Below are positions 49,671 to 62,648 of a stretch of 63,651 bases of DNA, in pieces (positions within the stretch are counted from its first letter, which is position 1; every line of letters starts with the position of its first letter). A program made the position numbers and the translations under genes. Source of the DNA: Octopus bimaculoides (Eukaryota); assembly GCF_001194135.2 (NCBI RefSeq), contig NC_068987.1:106208417-106272067 (forward strand), in the 5' to 3' direction. The notes under the pieces are model-generated. The model saw only the letters and a program-made list of their open reading frames with translations, was not told the origin of the DNA and searched no databases.

Positions 49671-52600
49671 GTATTTGTAATTCATAATACGCAACCTTGT
49701 CATACACACGTACACACAAAGAGGCACGCATACACATACACTCAAATACACGCACGCGCGAAATGTGTCATGGTGAATCTCACTGAAAATTACGTTTAGG
49801 TTATAATTGTCTACGTGATGCTGGGTCACACGTAAATTCAGATACAGGTTATTCAGTTGACAGAACAACTGAATCCTCGTCGCCACACGATAGAGATCCG
49901 CCATCATGTATCACTGCATTATCAAATTCTCCAGTTGATTTTCATGTTAGCAGTTTTTTATGGGAATGATCTGCCAAAATTGTTTGAGATAAAATGTTTT
50001 AAATGACTGAACATAAGGTTATTTGAAATTGTTTTATGCACGTGCAGACCTGCTTATGCATAGCTTTGAATATTGTTTTAACACTTTTGAGATGTCGCAA
50101 AGTAAGTAGTATGTTATGGCGTTTTGAAACATCTGCTCTTGATCATATGCCTGATAATATCTGCTGATTTTTCACACAATCGACTGACAAGGTTACAATT
50201 TAAGTGTTATATTTTATTATTCTTTCATTGAGTATTATGTTACTAACTTGGTCGCCTTGGTTTTGCTAGGGAATATAATTCGAAGTAGCATGTAGTATAG
50301 TCCATGCATGTTACGCATACTCCATGCATACACACGCACACATATGCACACACACTCACACACACACATGTAAACACACGCGTATGCATCTGTGCATAAA
50401 CACAAATATCTAGATGTACTTGGGTATGTATGAATGTGTGTATATATTCTTTTTCCGTATGCTTTTGTATATGTAGGTGTCAAAGTTAGGACAAAAAGAA
50501 AATAACAAGCGAAAATCAAACAAAACACAACATACGGAAAATGGACGATAACATAACAAACGGCAAACAGTATAGAAGCAAGGTACACGGACCATTCGCA
50601 GCAGATTTCCTCTTCGGTCGGTTTCTGGAAAGTCATTATAGTTTCACACCCCTTTATATCTACCGACAATTCGAATCCAGCAGGTACAAGGGACTTAGCT
50701 AAAAGCATCATTAAGTCTCCTGGAAAAGTAAACTAACGTATACAGCTTGTATGTATGGACAATTTTCAATGAGATTTATTTATGCATTGCGTATAATTTC
50801 ACTTGGTCGCTAAAAGTGTCGAAGCTTTCTTTGTTTGGGACAATACCGTTTCAATGAAAGTGAATAAGTATATGTATTAGCCTACATGGGAATATAGTAA
50901 CATTTACTACGAAAGAATAGTGAGCATGATTACTTTTTATGAATGTGAGATTACTATATATGGATTTGTGTAATTACCTTTTACGTTTGTGCGCAATATA
51001 TATACACATATGGTTGTGAATATATAGTTCCTTCTAAGAAAGTCAATTGTAGAATCTTTGGATTTTTTACAAAACTACATTGTGCCTTTAATTCTATAAA
51101 TTCGAAGAACGCGATTCAGTATGCTTCGCTCTTTATAACAAAGTTTAAACAAAAGTCTATTGTCCTGAACGTAGAACGGCAGATTTGCATTAGTCCAACA
51201 AATATGCTTTCGTTTTCAACTTACATTTGAGAGTCCTTATAGCATGCATTTGGATAACATTCTGTGAATTCAAATCCTAACGAAAGTTTTTGACACTTAA
51301 AGATCAATAAATAAATCCTAGTTAAGAGCGGGATCGTTTCTTGCTCTGGTTGCTTTTCTTTCTCGGAGAGTCGACTCACAATGTTCCATTCTCTAGAAGT
51401 TATTAAGGATTAAATGAGAGGCTATCATCACATTTCAGTAGACTGAAGTAATACACTTCTAGACCGCTTTTGAAACGGTCTGATATACACAATAACGCAG
51501 CTTGGAAATTAAACAAAATTAAGGCGCATCTGGACGCATCATCACTGATGTTACGTCAGATCTTTTGCGTCTTTCAACAACCAGGCACCCTCGTCCAAGC
51601 AAACTAGCCGGAAATAACCAAGCCACGATTTTTGTCCAACTTTGTCATGTATCAAACAGAAATATACCACACGCTATCATCTCCTAATCCACATATACTT
51701 TGAAATAATTTCTATTGTTTCAGCGGTTAATTTACTGTTACTTCACCAACTCTCATTATTAGCAATGCTGTAGGCTGGAGTAAAGCTGGCCTGTAAATAA
51801 TGTCACTCACATCAATATTCACCAATTGTCGCTTCGGTTTTTCTTCCATAAATATATCATGCTTTGGTCTTCTCGACTAGTCGTTGGGAGTCTCATAGGA
51901 ACTCACATTTCAATACGACTGCAATTATAAACTTGAAATCTCAGATGAGAATCATGTCTAGCGTTGTTAACGCAGTGAAAAGAGATTCTTGGAACTTTCA
52001 TGTTATTCCAGCTCAACTTTTATATTCCAGGATGCTAGATGTGTTACTAACAGCTGTTTTTTGGCTTCTGATTAGCTTAATTAATATAAATAGCAAAATA
52101 AATAATTATGTTCCTATATACGTTTAACTACTGCAGTTATTGCGATTATTTGGAACTCAGCACTGGATGTTCCAAGATATCTATGACAGAATGCAATAAA
52201 GTGTTCCCGGCTGATCCATTGGAGCTAGGTATCCAAATGCACCTTCAATATCCTATGCCGAGTCCCAAATATCCATAATAGGGAAACGTACGTAGCAATT
52301 AATATTTATGCTGGGCTTATCGTGAGCGTGTGTATGCATGCATATATATTTGATTAAGATTGTGTCAGATGTGACCACACTGCCTTTCGTTTATAATATA
52401 TATGTGTCATTCCATGTGGCCGTTTTAAATACACAGGAATGTTAGTTAAACGTAAATAGGCTATTTTACTTTGGGGGATCCATCATGTTTTAAGTACCTT
52501 TCTTGACTTATTGACGATGATTCAAAAATCCTTGTGAAATTGAGTAAGTCAAATAATAATGTTCAATCCGTGACCTTCCCATTTGTTGTATTCCAATATT

Positions 52601-54812
52601 ATGTAACTCGATCTGGTTTATCACTCGAATCAGTTACTTTAAGCATTTTAACAGCAGTTTGAGGGAAAGCTGGGTCTATATTTCTAGTTAGTGTTGCAGA
52701 CCTGTAAGAGGCTCCAACAATTCTTTTTTGTCCTTCTTGATATCGATGCTTTCATGTTGTAGATATAAGTGCTGTTATTAATGTTGTTGATGCAACTAGT
52801 TGTAGTGATGTTCATGCCATAGTGTGTAGTATTAGAAAGATTTAAAGGTGTTGGTACATTAAGTTTATATGTGAATATGTATTAGTGTTGGTGTGTTTGG
52901 GAATCTGTGTGTCTCATTTTATGAGAGCAAGAACACAACACAATTTTCTAATGCCTCTGTCTGTGTGCGCGAGTGTGCAGCAGTCTTAATAGAAAACATA
53001 ATAACCATTATAAGAACAAAACCAATAAAATACTTCTGATATTAGTACAATCACGCTCCATTAACTATAACACAATAAAGTCATCTTCAGAAAGAAGAGT
53101 TGATAATTTAGGTGGAAAATCTGCCAGCGGAAGTTAAGTCTGAGAGAAAATAATTTCGAGCTACCATTTTGGATTTGTCATGTGTACATGTGACACGTAA
53201 GTGTATGTGCGTATGAGCTAGCGCGCAGATGAGTGTATAGATGTAGTATGTGTCTATTTGTTGATATTTGTCTGTATGGGTACATATACATACATGCATA
53301 CAAACATATATACATGCATACACACACACACATGCACATATATGCATGCATACACATTGGCATTGCTCTTCGTTGTTTTGCTTGTAGTTTTTCATTAATT
53401 TCTATTCTGTTTTATAGTATATTATTGTTAATTTGTATATTAACTTTTATTTCAAAAAAAAAAAAATCTTTTAGAAAATATATGAATAAAAAAACCAAAA
53501 ACAAAATAGGAACAACACCAAAACATCGACGTATAAAATTTTCACTCATTCATTATATTTTACTCTAACAATGACAACTACTACAATTTCAACAATTAAA
53601 ATAACAACAGTAGCGACGAAGTTGACAACAACAACAACAGCAATAACATCAACCACAACAACCGCAACTGCGTCTCAGATCTGGCAATAATCCATCCTCG
53701 CACCGTTTGGTGTCAGGTGGAGGGACAAGTAAGCCTGCAAAGAAAGAGAGAAAGTAAACAAAAAAAGAAAGAGAAACAGTTTAAATGCAAATAGTGGAAT
53801 ATTTGAATTAGTAGCATCAACGATGTGTAAATCAACGTGGATGTGAAGCGTGAACGAAATATTGAAACCCGCTTAAAGCATGACATACAGCACTACATTG
53901 CACTGTACAATGCTGCACTCCTACATTGCACTATATCACTAGCTTCTCTCACACTATCTTGACATTGTGATAATTTCATATTTCATACACGCAAATACAT
54001 ACATGGACAAAGACAAGCACATACGCACGCACTTGTGTCCACGCATACAGAAAAACGCATATAGGCTCAGACACACATCGCCAGTAGCAGCAACGACATC
54101 ACCGTTACTATGTAATCACTACCACTACCAAACTATTGCGTCACATTCACAATCAGGACCACCACCATAACTAGGTAGATTATCACCACGAGTGTCGTTA
54201 CAAATAGGAACACCTCTGGAACAAAAGGTACGTTACATACATAAACACACATGCACACCAAAATCGAAACACAACTACACAAAGTATACGCGACATGCTC
54301 ACAATATAAAATAGAGAATAAACCAACCACATGCGAGTTACACAATGCAACACATACAATACACAATATAACAGAACACCTGTAACACAAGACATAAAAC
54401 AACATAAAATACAATTGTGGCAATAGAGAGCACACATACAAACACGCAGCATAACACAACCTACAACATAATATATTTTACAAAACAAAGAACACTACAT
54501 ACAGAAGATCCACATCACGACTAATCCCACAAATTTCGCTCACAACATAAAATACGCACAACACAATGTAACATAACCCTGCACAACATAAACAATAGAA
54601 CGTATCTTATATAACATAGACGTCACGATATTCAATACATACCACAACACATTTAAGACAATCAACGTAGGTGCCATTATAGTAAACATTTGCGAAGAGC
54701 AACCATGCCACGCACAAAAGATTTAGAATAACTATCAGATTATTTGGCAATCTGAGGCTGATCTTAGCCAGCAAAACATTGCCGAAAATCTTCAAATTCA
54801 TCTTGTTGATAG

Positions 54813-54962
54813 AATTATAGTGTAATTCAAAAGCCAAGGAAAAGAGTCAGCAGAATCTCGTCCCAGGCATCCTGGGCCCACGGAAATGAAGCTTCGCTGT
54901 TTGAAGAGAATTGTGGAAAACGAAACTACGTTCGAAGGCTTCTTGCATTGCAAAACAGCTAG
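54813..54962 (+). CDS. Candidate terminal exon (cytoplasmic-tail-like)
   Basis: Acceptor ttcatcttgttgatag; NYSVIQKPRKRVSRISSQASWAHGNEASLFEENCGKRNYVRRLLALQNS-stop; GC-richer than flanks. Confidence 0.25.
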   Translation, partial: NYSVIQKPRKRVSRISSQASWAHGNEASLFEENCGKRNYVRRLLALQNS

Positions 54963-56339
54963 AAATTAGTCCAAGAACGTGTGTTACATATCTGCATAAG
55001 CTTGGTTATTATGATCGAGCAGATAGAAGAAAACCTCTCCTTCAACAAATTAATATCAAATAAAAGATTTTGAAAATTAAAGGTGTCCATTTACTTCCTG
55101 CATGTCTGTGTATATATATACACATATACATATATATATATACATAATGTGCGTGCGTGTGTATGTGTGTGTGTGTGTGGGGTATGTGTGTGTGTGTGCG
55201 CCTGCGTGTGTGCGTGTATGTGCCATTGAGGAGTGTGGTTCGTTAAATAACTTCGTGTGACATGAGAACATATTATTTCTAACGTTGTGAACATTAGTCT
55301 TTTTGTTGACGGTGAACATCACTTCTTTTCATGACTTCTACTTCTTTGATATAGTTTCGTTACTTAGTGAAGGTGTTATAATCTGTGATATATCGAATTC
55401 AATATCAGTATATTAATGGTTATATATTCATAATTTTAGAAAAATATAAGAGAAATTTCAGTGCTAAATATCGATCACCAAAATTCTGGTATTTTACATT
55501 TCGGAAGTACACTTTGCATCATATAATGCTCTATATACAAAACATTCAGTATTGATACTCCAGAATGTTGTTTCATAATATGTCTGTTCGATCAGTGTTG
55601 ATCCAGGGGCTATACAAGAGAACGAAAAAAAAGACAAGAAAAAAAACATAATTTCTAAAGCATCGAAAATAATTTCTTCTAGAATTTTTCTTCATGGTCT
55701 GACAAAAGAATTAAGCAGAAAATTAAAATTTTCTCGTCTTATAGGTTTCCATTTATACAATTTAAAAACTGGACTTCAGGAATTTTCTCAAATCTTCCAG
55801 TTTAATAATTTTCAATTTTGTTCCTGGCATTTTTCATCTCTCCTTCTTTTTACTGCACTTGTTTCTTGTTTGTTTTCAGCGCCACCAACACTTTCTTTCG
55901 CACGATCCGACTCCTACTTCACCTTTTTCTCCTCAATAATTTCTTTGTTCCTTATCCTCTATCCTCCAATTCGTTTTCCATCTGTCTTATACGTATGATT
56001 CTGTGGTTAATGATCACGCTTCACTACACTATCATATGGTTCTAGTTGCGCTCTCATTACGCAGATCTTTGAGCATGAGAGTTCACGACAGACACCGAAC
56101 GAACGAAACCTGCAGACAGTAACTGTTGATATCACCTCAGATGGCCTAAACACGATTATGAGTGATAGTTTAATCCATTTACACCCTTTAACACCACCAT
56201 ATAATCCTTCTGTGTTTCTTTTTTATAACAGAGGCCACGCTGTAACAATTGTTCACATCATGCCCCCTGTCTTAGGATAAAGCATTCTCATTTATCTTTA
56301 ATCATTGGACTGCAGAAATGGTGGGCAACGCCTTGTGGG

Positions 56340-56490
56340 GTTTTAGCCAAAGAATTCGATCCCAGTACTTATTGTTTCCTAAGCCAAGTACCTATAACAT
56401 CGTTCTATTTTTGCCCAACTACAAATAGGCAGGGAGGTAAAGAAACCAACACCTGTTGTGAAGCGGTGTAGGGTATCAAGCACAAACACA
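56340..56490 (-). mobile_element. SINE family A 3' half, diverged
   Basis: Reverse complement CACCGCTTCACAACAGGTGTTGG..GGCAAAAATAGAACGAT..AATAAGTACTGGGATCGAATT resembles 11945-12065. Confidence 0.6.
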
Positions 56491-56511
56491 ATGATGCATG
56501 CACATAGATAT

Positions 56512-56585
<74 letters not shown>

Positions 56586-56729
56586 NNNNNNNNNNNNNNN
56601 NNNNNNNNNNNNNNNNNNNNNNNNNNNNNNNNNNNNNNNNNNNNNNNNNNNNNNNNNNNNNNNNNNNNNNNNNNNNNNNNNNNNNNNNNNNNNNNNNNNN
56701 NNNNNNNNNNNNNNNNNNNNNNNNNNNNC

Positions 56730-56764
<35 letters not shown>

Positions 56765-57234
56765 CACACATATATATAAATACATACAGTGTACATTTAA
56801 AAACAAAACAGAGATGTCCATAATAGGACATCTAACGCGCTAGAAAGAGCAGTCAAACTCTAAACCACAATTAGGGATAATTTCGAAAGGGAATGAATAA
56901 TAAAAAACATTTACCATCTATTTTCTGAACCATGGTTTCAAGCTATTTTCAACAAAATAAAATAATTTGCTAGGTCAGCTATCATCAGCAGGAAAACCAA
57001 GATTAACACATAAATACAAGGCAATACATAGAACATGCCTCGTGCTTATATGTTATAATTTCTCATATCTACCGCGCATGTGCAGTTTTCTTATCAGCAG
57101 CAAATACAAAAAATGCCGATTTTTTTCCATATATATATATATGTAGCCATACTACCCCGCCCCACACACACATACACACACACACGCACACACATATCTA
57201 TACATATATGCATATGTGTGTGTGTGTGTGTGTG

Positions 57235-57335
57235 GACCGGGGTTATAATAGACATCTGCCCTAGGTACCACGCAGTGTGTTTGAATCCGGAACCATATGT
57301 TTGGGAACAAAACTTCCTTCCATACCAGCGCTTAC
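57235..57335 (-). mobile_element. SINE family A 5' head, diverged
   Basis: Reverse complement CATATGGTTCCGGATTCAAACACACTGCGTGGTACCTAGGGCAGATGTC matches 11772-11820. Confidence 0.7.
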
Positions 57336-57767
57336 ATTCGTGATGGATCCTCTTTCTCTCTATCATCCAATTTCTCTGGTTACTTCCGATAGGGTTATGA
57401 ACTTTGCCTCTCCTCTGAAAGATATAAAGGAATGTCACAATCCGTGAAAGAAGAGTGATTTATCCATTTACATTATTCAAGTCGTCAGCATTCGCCTTTT
57501 CTGAATCAGAATTTCACCGCATATTCAAAACATTCATTTATTTAAATATAATTTAAAATTGTGTGATCTTAGAGAGAATTGGCTCTGAGTGCCTGCATTA
57601 AACAAAGGATATTTGGTTTCCTCCACCGATTCTGCACTGGCTTAGTTGGTCCCTTCCATTTACACTCCGATACATGGATTGCTCTCGTCGACTCGATATA
57701 GTCTTACTAGCCCTCTCAATCATCCGTGACTCCCTTGTTGAGAGAGCGAACATGCGAGCGAGCGAGC

Positions 57768-57813
<46 letters not shown>

Positions 57814-58938
57814 AACGAGAGAGAGAGAGGGGAGAGAGAGTTAGAGAGAGATATAAAGAGATAGAGAAGGAGAGAGAGAAGTAATGAAAGAGTTATAGCA
57901 TGAGAGAGTGCTAGAAAGAAATGGAAAGAGTTCGGCACACTAAACATGGAGTCACCGATAGAAAGACCGAGAGAGTGTCGTTAAGGCGCATAATTAACTT
58001 TCCTCTCTCAAATTGGTGCTGACGTAGTAATTCACATAGTTTTGCATATGTTAAGGGTGAATGAATTATAATTTCAGTCTATATTTAACTCAATATTGTT
58101 CGTTTAAATATGTAATGTGTATATTCATAACAACGCATTATAAAATCTCACATGATACAAATTTCTCTTATTTTGCATCATTTGGTCAACTCAGGAAGAA
58201 AACCGGATTTTGTAGAATCTGTTGAGTGTCGAACCCAATGTTTTCTAGTACTTGTCCCGGATCTCTGGCCACTGAGTTCCAACAAATTTAACCTTTCATT
58301 ATCGGAGATCGATGAATGAAGTACCATTAACGGACTGACCTAATTTCTTCTTCTTCTTCTTCTTCTTCTTCTTCTTCTTCTTCTTCTTCTTCTTCTTCTT
58401 CTTCTTCTTCTTCTTCTTCTCTCCCTCCCTTTCTCTCTCTCCCTCTCTCTCTGTCTCTGTCTGTCACCGACAAAGGATCATGCAGAAACATTAGAAGAAA
58501 CGTTTCTTCAGAAATGGAGAATTGTTGAACGCAGAGATACTGGAAACCACTTCCATATAGAACAATGAAATATAAAGGAACGAATAAAACCATAAATAGA
58601 TTTAACGAATATACCTCTGCGACTCTCCATATATATAAATATATAAATCAAATGCAATTCAGCATGGAACTATAAAAATACTGCTAAGAAAAGTGGATTC
58701 CTCATAAATTTCCAGTCCATTTCGAGACTGGTAACATAAAATCATTTCATGATTAGGTTTAGCGTCTACAAATCAATGCACAAAGGGGATACTTAAAGCC
58801 TATGTTTGTTATGTAACCATAGTGTACAACAAAGTGTATTAAGCGTTTTTCTTAGTCAATACTGTGTTCTACTGTGTTAGCAGTGCTATTACTCACTTGT
58901 TAGAGTTTTCTTCTACATATTTTCTTTAGAAATTATAG

Positions 58939-59016
58939 CCAGCTCTGATTTTGTTACGACGTTTCGTATCCGAGACGCCTGATATAAACTGCAATGAGAT
59001 CGAGCATGAACAATGG
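58939..59016 (+). CDS. Candidate phase 0-0 exon
   Basis: Tandem acceptors ttttctttag/aaattatag, donor TGG/gtaatg; PALILLRRFVSETPDINCNEIEHEQW. Confidence 0.25.
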
Positions 59017-60263
59017 GTAATGGGCGTCTATGCCATACTTCAGTAGCTGTGGCTTTTTCATCAGCTCTCATTCAACCTATTAATCGTCCACGAACACATT
59101 GCTTAAGCAGCCACAATATTTAGCGGTGTAAGGTTTCTGGATATACCTATTGTACGCAGCAAATGCATTCCTGGAAGCCGGCACGTAAATACTGATGACC
59201 TGTAGGGACACCGTATTTCGTTATGCAACCATAATATCCTAGAAAGTATATTAAACCTTTTTATAAAGCAATACTGTGTCCTACAGTGTTAGCCAGTCTA
59301 AGAGAGGAGACGCAAGGACTCGAATGAAGTATCGACATTTTGGTGTATGAGATAAATCGGGGTGTATGTTTTAATAAGATATAGAAGCGTTTTCGTTGAC
59401 AAGCGTAATAAATTCTAGGTATTTCAAGACGACGTTTGAAATGAAATTGAACTAATTAAGTTTGTCCAGAAAGCAAATATAATTATGATTTATCTTGTTT
59501 TAATAATGCCTTAACCATTAAATATGCTTTCACTAGCAGTCAAGTTAGTGTTAACATGTTTAATACAGTGACTATTTAAAATGCCAACTAAAAATAATTA
59601 TGTGATATGGGGAAATTTTTTTAAAAATAAAATCAATTAGCAATATAATTTTAATTATTTTGGCAAATATTTCATCAACATAATTGTCGAATTATCATTT
59701 GGATGATATCCTAGAGAAATTTAATTTAGGTGAAAATCCTTGATAAAAATATAAATAAACAAATGAAAAATATATTATAAATAGGTTGTCAGTTAATTTT
59801 AGTACTAGTCGAGTTCATCGCATTACTACTACTATTACTACTACATGTAATAGTAATAGTAGTAATTGTTGTTGTTGTAGCAGCAGCAGGAGCAGCAACA
59901 GTAGGTGACAACAACCACCTGAGTAGTAGCAGTGTAGTGATTGTGCATGTCTGTTTTGGAGCAGTCGATGTGCATTGAAAATTGTGGCTGTTTGATTTTG
60001 AGACACAGTTCAGGCGTAATTGAGCAAATTTGTCATCAAATGCGATCCAACCTTAAATGTCGCGTCTTTTTCTAGTGGACGAGAAGTCAGAACAACATAA
60101 TCCAATGTACATGAATATAAACAAACTAATATTTGGTCGTGTTAAGCGTCGAAATGTGTATTGTAAGATGAAAATAAGATGGTAATATATTTTCGAGTGC
60201 AGAAACGCCGGTAGAACAGCAGAAATACTGGGTAAATTACTCTTACAAAGCGGAAAGATTTTT

Positions 60264-60335
60264 TACCACCAGTCACGCGACTCGAATCCATACATCTCGA
60301 AGACTCCGGACAAGTACCATTAAGCTAAACTGCCC
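60264..60335 (-). pseudogene. tRNA-like sequence, second member of the 39337 family
   Basis: Minus strand GGGCAGTTTAGCTTAATGGTAC...GGATTCGAGTC...TGGTAA; shares TACCATTAAGCTAAA (15/15) with 39385-39399. Confidence 0.55.
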
Positions 60336-60599
60336 GCTGACAAATTAATCTCTGGGGGATTTGGGTTGGAGTGCCATGGCTGTTTGTTGACAAAATTGTC
60401 CGCTTTGTAAGAGTAATTTACCCAATATTTCTGTTGTTCTAACGGTGTTTCTGCGTTCAAAAATTAATTATCATCATATTTGTAACTTATATTCCAATGT
60501 GTCTTTTTCTACACCAAGGAAGCACCGACAGACTCAGTCAATATAACTCTGACAATCTTAAGAGATATACATTATGTACCAACAATTGATATCCCATAT

Positions 60600-60790
60600 T
60601 GCGGACTAATTCAAAGGGCCAGCTTTGTCACATTGTGTCACGCTGAATATCCCCGAGAAATGCGTTAAGGGTACACGTGTCTGTGGAGTGCTCAGCTACT
60701 TGCACGTTAATTTCACGAGCCGACTGTTCCGTTGATCGGATCAACTGGAACCCTCGACGTCGTAAGCGATGAAGTGCCAACATCAACAAC
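60600..60790 (+). mobile_element. SINE/LINE 3' portion ending in an (AAC)n-like tail
   Basis: Homology to 36796-36851; ends GTGCCAACATCAACAAC; 5' boundary uncertain. Confidence 0.65.
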
Positions 60791-60878
60791 AGGTGTGTCA
60801 GTTAAATACCCCCTTTTAGACAGGCTTTGATTGATGGTAGTGATCTAAAGGTCATAAGATCATAGGTGCACTTCCTAG

Positions 60879-60961
60879 ACTGGGCAGCTTGTGGAGTCTT
60901 CATGCAAGACAATCCATTTTACCTTGTAGCAAACCCGTTCAGCATCAAAGCTAGGATCTAC
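60879..60961 (+). CDS. Candidate exon, phase 1 to 0
   Basis: Acceptor tgcacttcctag, donor TAC/gtatgt; only open frame (D)WAACGVFMQDNPFYLVANPFSIKARIY. Confidence 0.45.
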
Positions 60962-61334
60962 GTATGTTGGTGCTGCCCTATGCTGTATCTTGAAGGAGAA
61001 TACGGCCTCATTATTCCACTGGGTCAAGGGAAAGAGTTAATAGTACTGAAGTTCTATTGTTCTTGTTGTTATTCTTTAGCGCCAAACGTCTCTCTGGTGA
61101 TTGCTTATATTGTAAACTACTGTAGCCACATAACTTACTTTTTCTAAGAAGATATATTTTAGGGAGTGACGTGAGTGAATTTAGCTACTATTTCTGGCAT
61201 TTTGAATAACTACAAAGAAGCTCCATTTGACAGTGCATTTTAATGTCCTCGAGGGTTGCAAGACGATGTCAATGGTGGTGAGTTCTGTGGAGATTAACTA
61301 GTGGTTATTTTCTGATGGTCATAAAAATATTATC

Positions 61335-61625
61335 GTTGAAATGAGCAATAGTAATAGTGGTGGTGGTGTGGTGGTGGTGGTGGCGTGGTGGCGGTGGTGG
61401 TGGTGGTGATGGTGGTGGTGGTGGTGGTGATAGTGGTAGTGGTGATGGGAGAGCTGTACTAGTAGTAGTAGTAGTGGTGGTGGTAGAGTTGTAGTAGTAG
61501 TATTATTATTATTATTAGTAGTAGAGGTGGTTGTGTTGTTTTTCGTGGTGGTGGTGGTGGTGGTGGTTGTGGTGGCGGTAGTTGTACTGATATTGATATT
61601 CTTTGTGGTGATGGTAATTGTTTAG
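61335..61625. repeat. Degenerate (GGT)n/(AGT)n/(ATT)n low-complexity tract
   Basis: Seen directly. Confidence 0.9.
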
Positions 61626-61772
61626 GCACTTGCATTCGTGATCTTCCATGTCGTAGGTGTAAGGAAGCTGAGGAGTTTGGCGTTTATAGTTATGGAAGAA
61701 ATATCAACAATAGTGATGGCAGCAGTAGCTGTGGTGGCGATGGTAGTTGTGGAGGTAGTAATACTGGTGTCG

Positions 61773-61806
<34 letters not shown>

Positions 61807-62614
61807 NNNNNNNNNNNNNNNNNNNNNNNNNNNNNNNNNNNNNNNNNNNNNNNNNNNNNNNNNNNNNNNNNNNNNNNNNNNNNNNNNNNNNNNNNNNNNN
61901 NNNNNNNNNNNNNNNNNNNNNNNNNNNNNNNNNNNNNNNNNNNNNNNNNNNNNNNNNNNNNNNNNNNNNNNNNNNNNNNNNNNNNNNNNNNNNNNNNNNN
62001 NNNNNNNNNNNNNNNNNNNNNNNNNNNNNNNNNNNNNNNNNNNNNNNNNNNNNNNNNNNNNNNNNNNNNNNNNNNNNNNNNNNNNNNNNNNNNNNNNNNN
62101 NNNNNNNNNNNNNNNNNNNNNNNNNNNNNNNNNNNNNNNNNNNNNNNNNNNNNNNNNNNNNNNNNNNNNNNNNNNNNNNNNNNNNNNNNNNNNNNNNNNN
62201 NNNNNNNNNNNNNNNNNNNNNNNNNNNNNNNNNNNNNNNNNNNNNNNNNNNNNNNNNNNNNNNNNNNNNNNNNNNNNNNNNNNNNNNNNNNNNNNNNNNN
62301 NNNNNNNNNNNNNNNNNNNNNNNNNNNNNNNNNNNNNNNNNNNNNNNNNNNNNNNNNNNNNNNNNNNNNNNNNNNNNNNNNNNNNNNNNNNNNNNNNNNN
62401 NNNNNNNNNNNNNNNNNNNNNNNNNNNNNNNNNNNNNNNNNNNNNNNNNNNNNNNNNNNNNNNNNNNNNNNNNNNNNNNNNNNNNNNNNNNNNNNNNNNN
62501 NNNNNNNNNNNNNNNNNNNNNNNNNNNNNNNNNNNNNNNNNNNNNNNNNNNNNNNNNNNNNNNNNNNNNNNNNNNNNNNNNNNNNNNNNNNNNNNNNNNN
62601 NNNNNNNNNNNNNN

Positions 62615-62645
<31 letters not shown>

Positions 62646-62648
<3 letters not shown>

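Larger units (their letters stand above)
1724..62615. other. Assembly gaps (N-runs) at approx. 1724-2130, 5096-5222, 5518-5527, 5784-5919, 10457-11216, 21021-21085, 24187-24305, 32837-32894, 34358-34978, 36492-36555, 40575-40733, 44371-44642, 45764-46308, 48539-48633, 56586-56728, 61807-62615
   Basis: N-runs seen directly; nearly all are flanked by (TA)n, (CA)n or (GA)n tracts, typical of short-read assembly breaks at microsatellites. Confidence 0.98.

Noticed and set aside
50235-50711. 158-aa minus-strand ORF with a hydrophobic middle
   Set aside because: The C-terminal half is (TG)n-derived, the hydrophobic part is the complement of an A/C-rich tract, and no splice or homology support was seen
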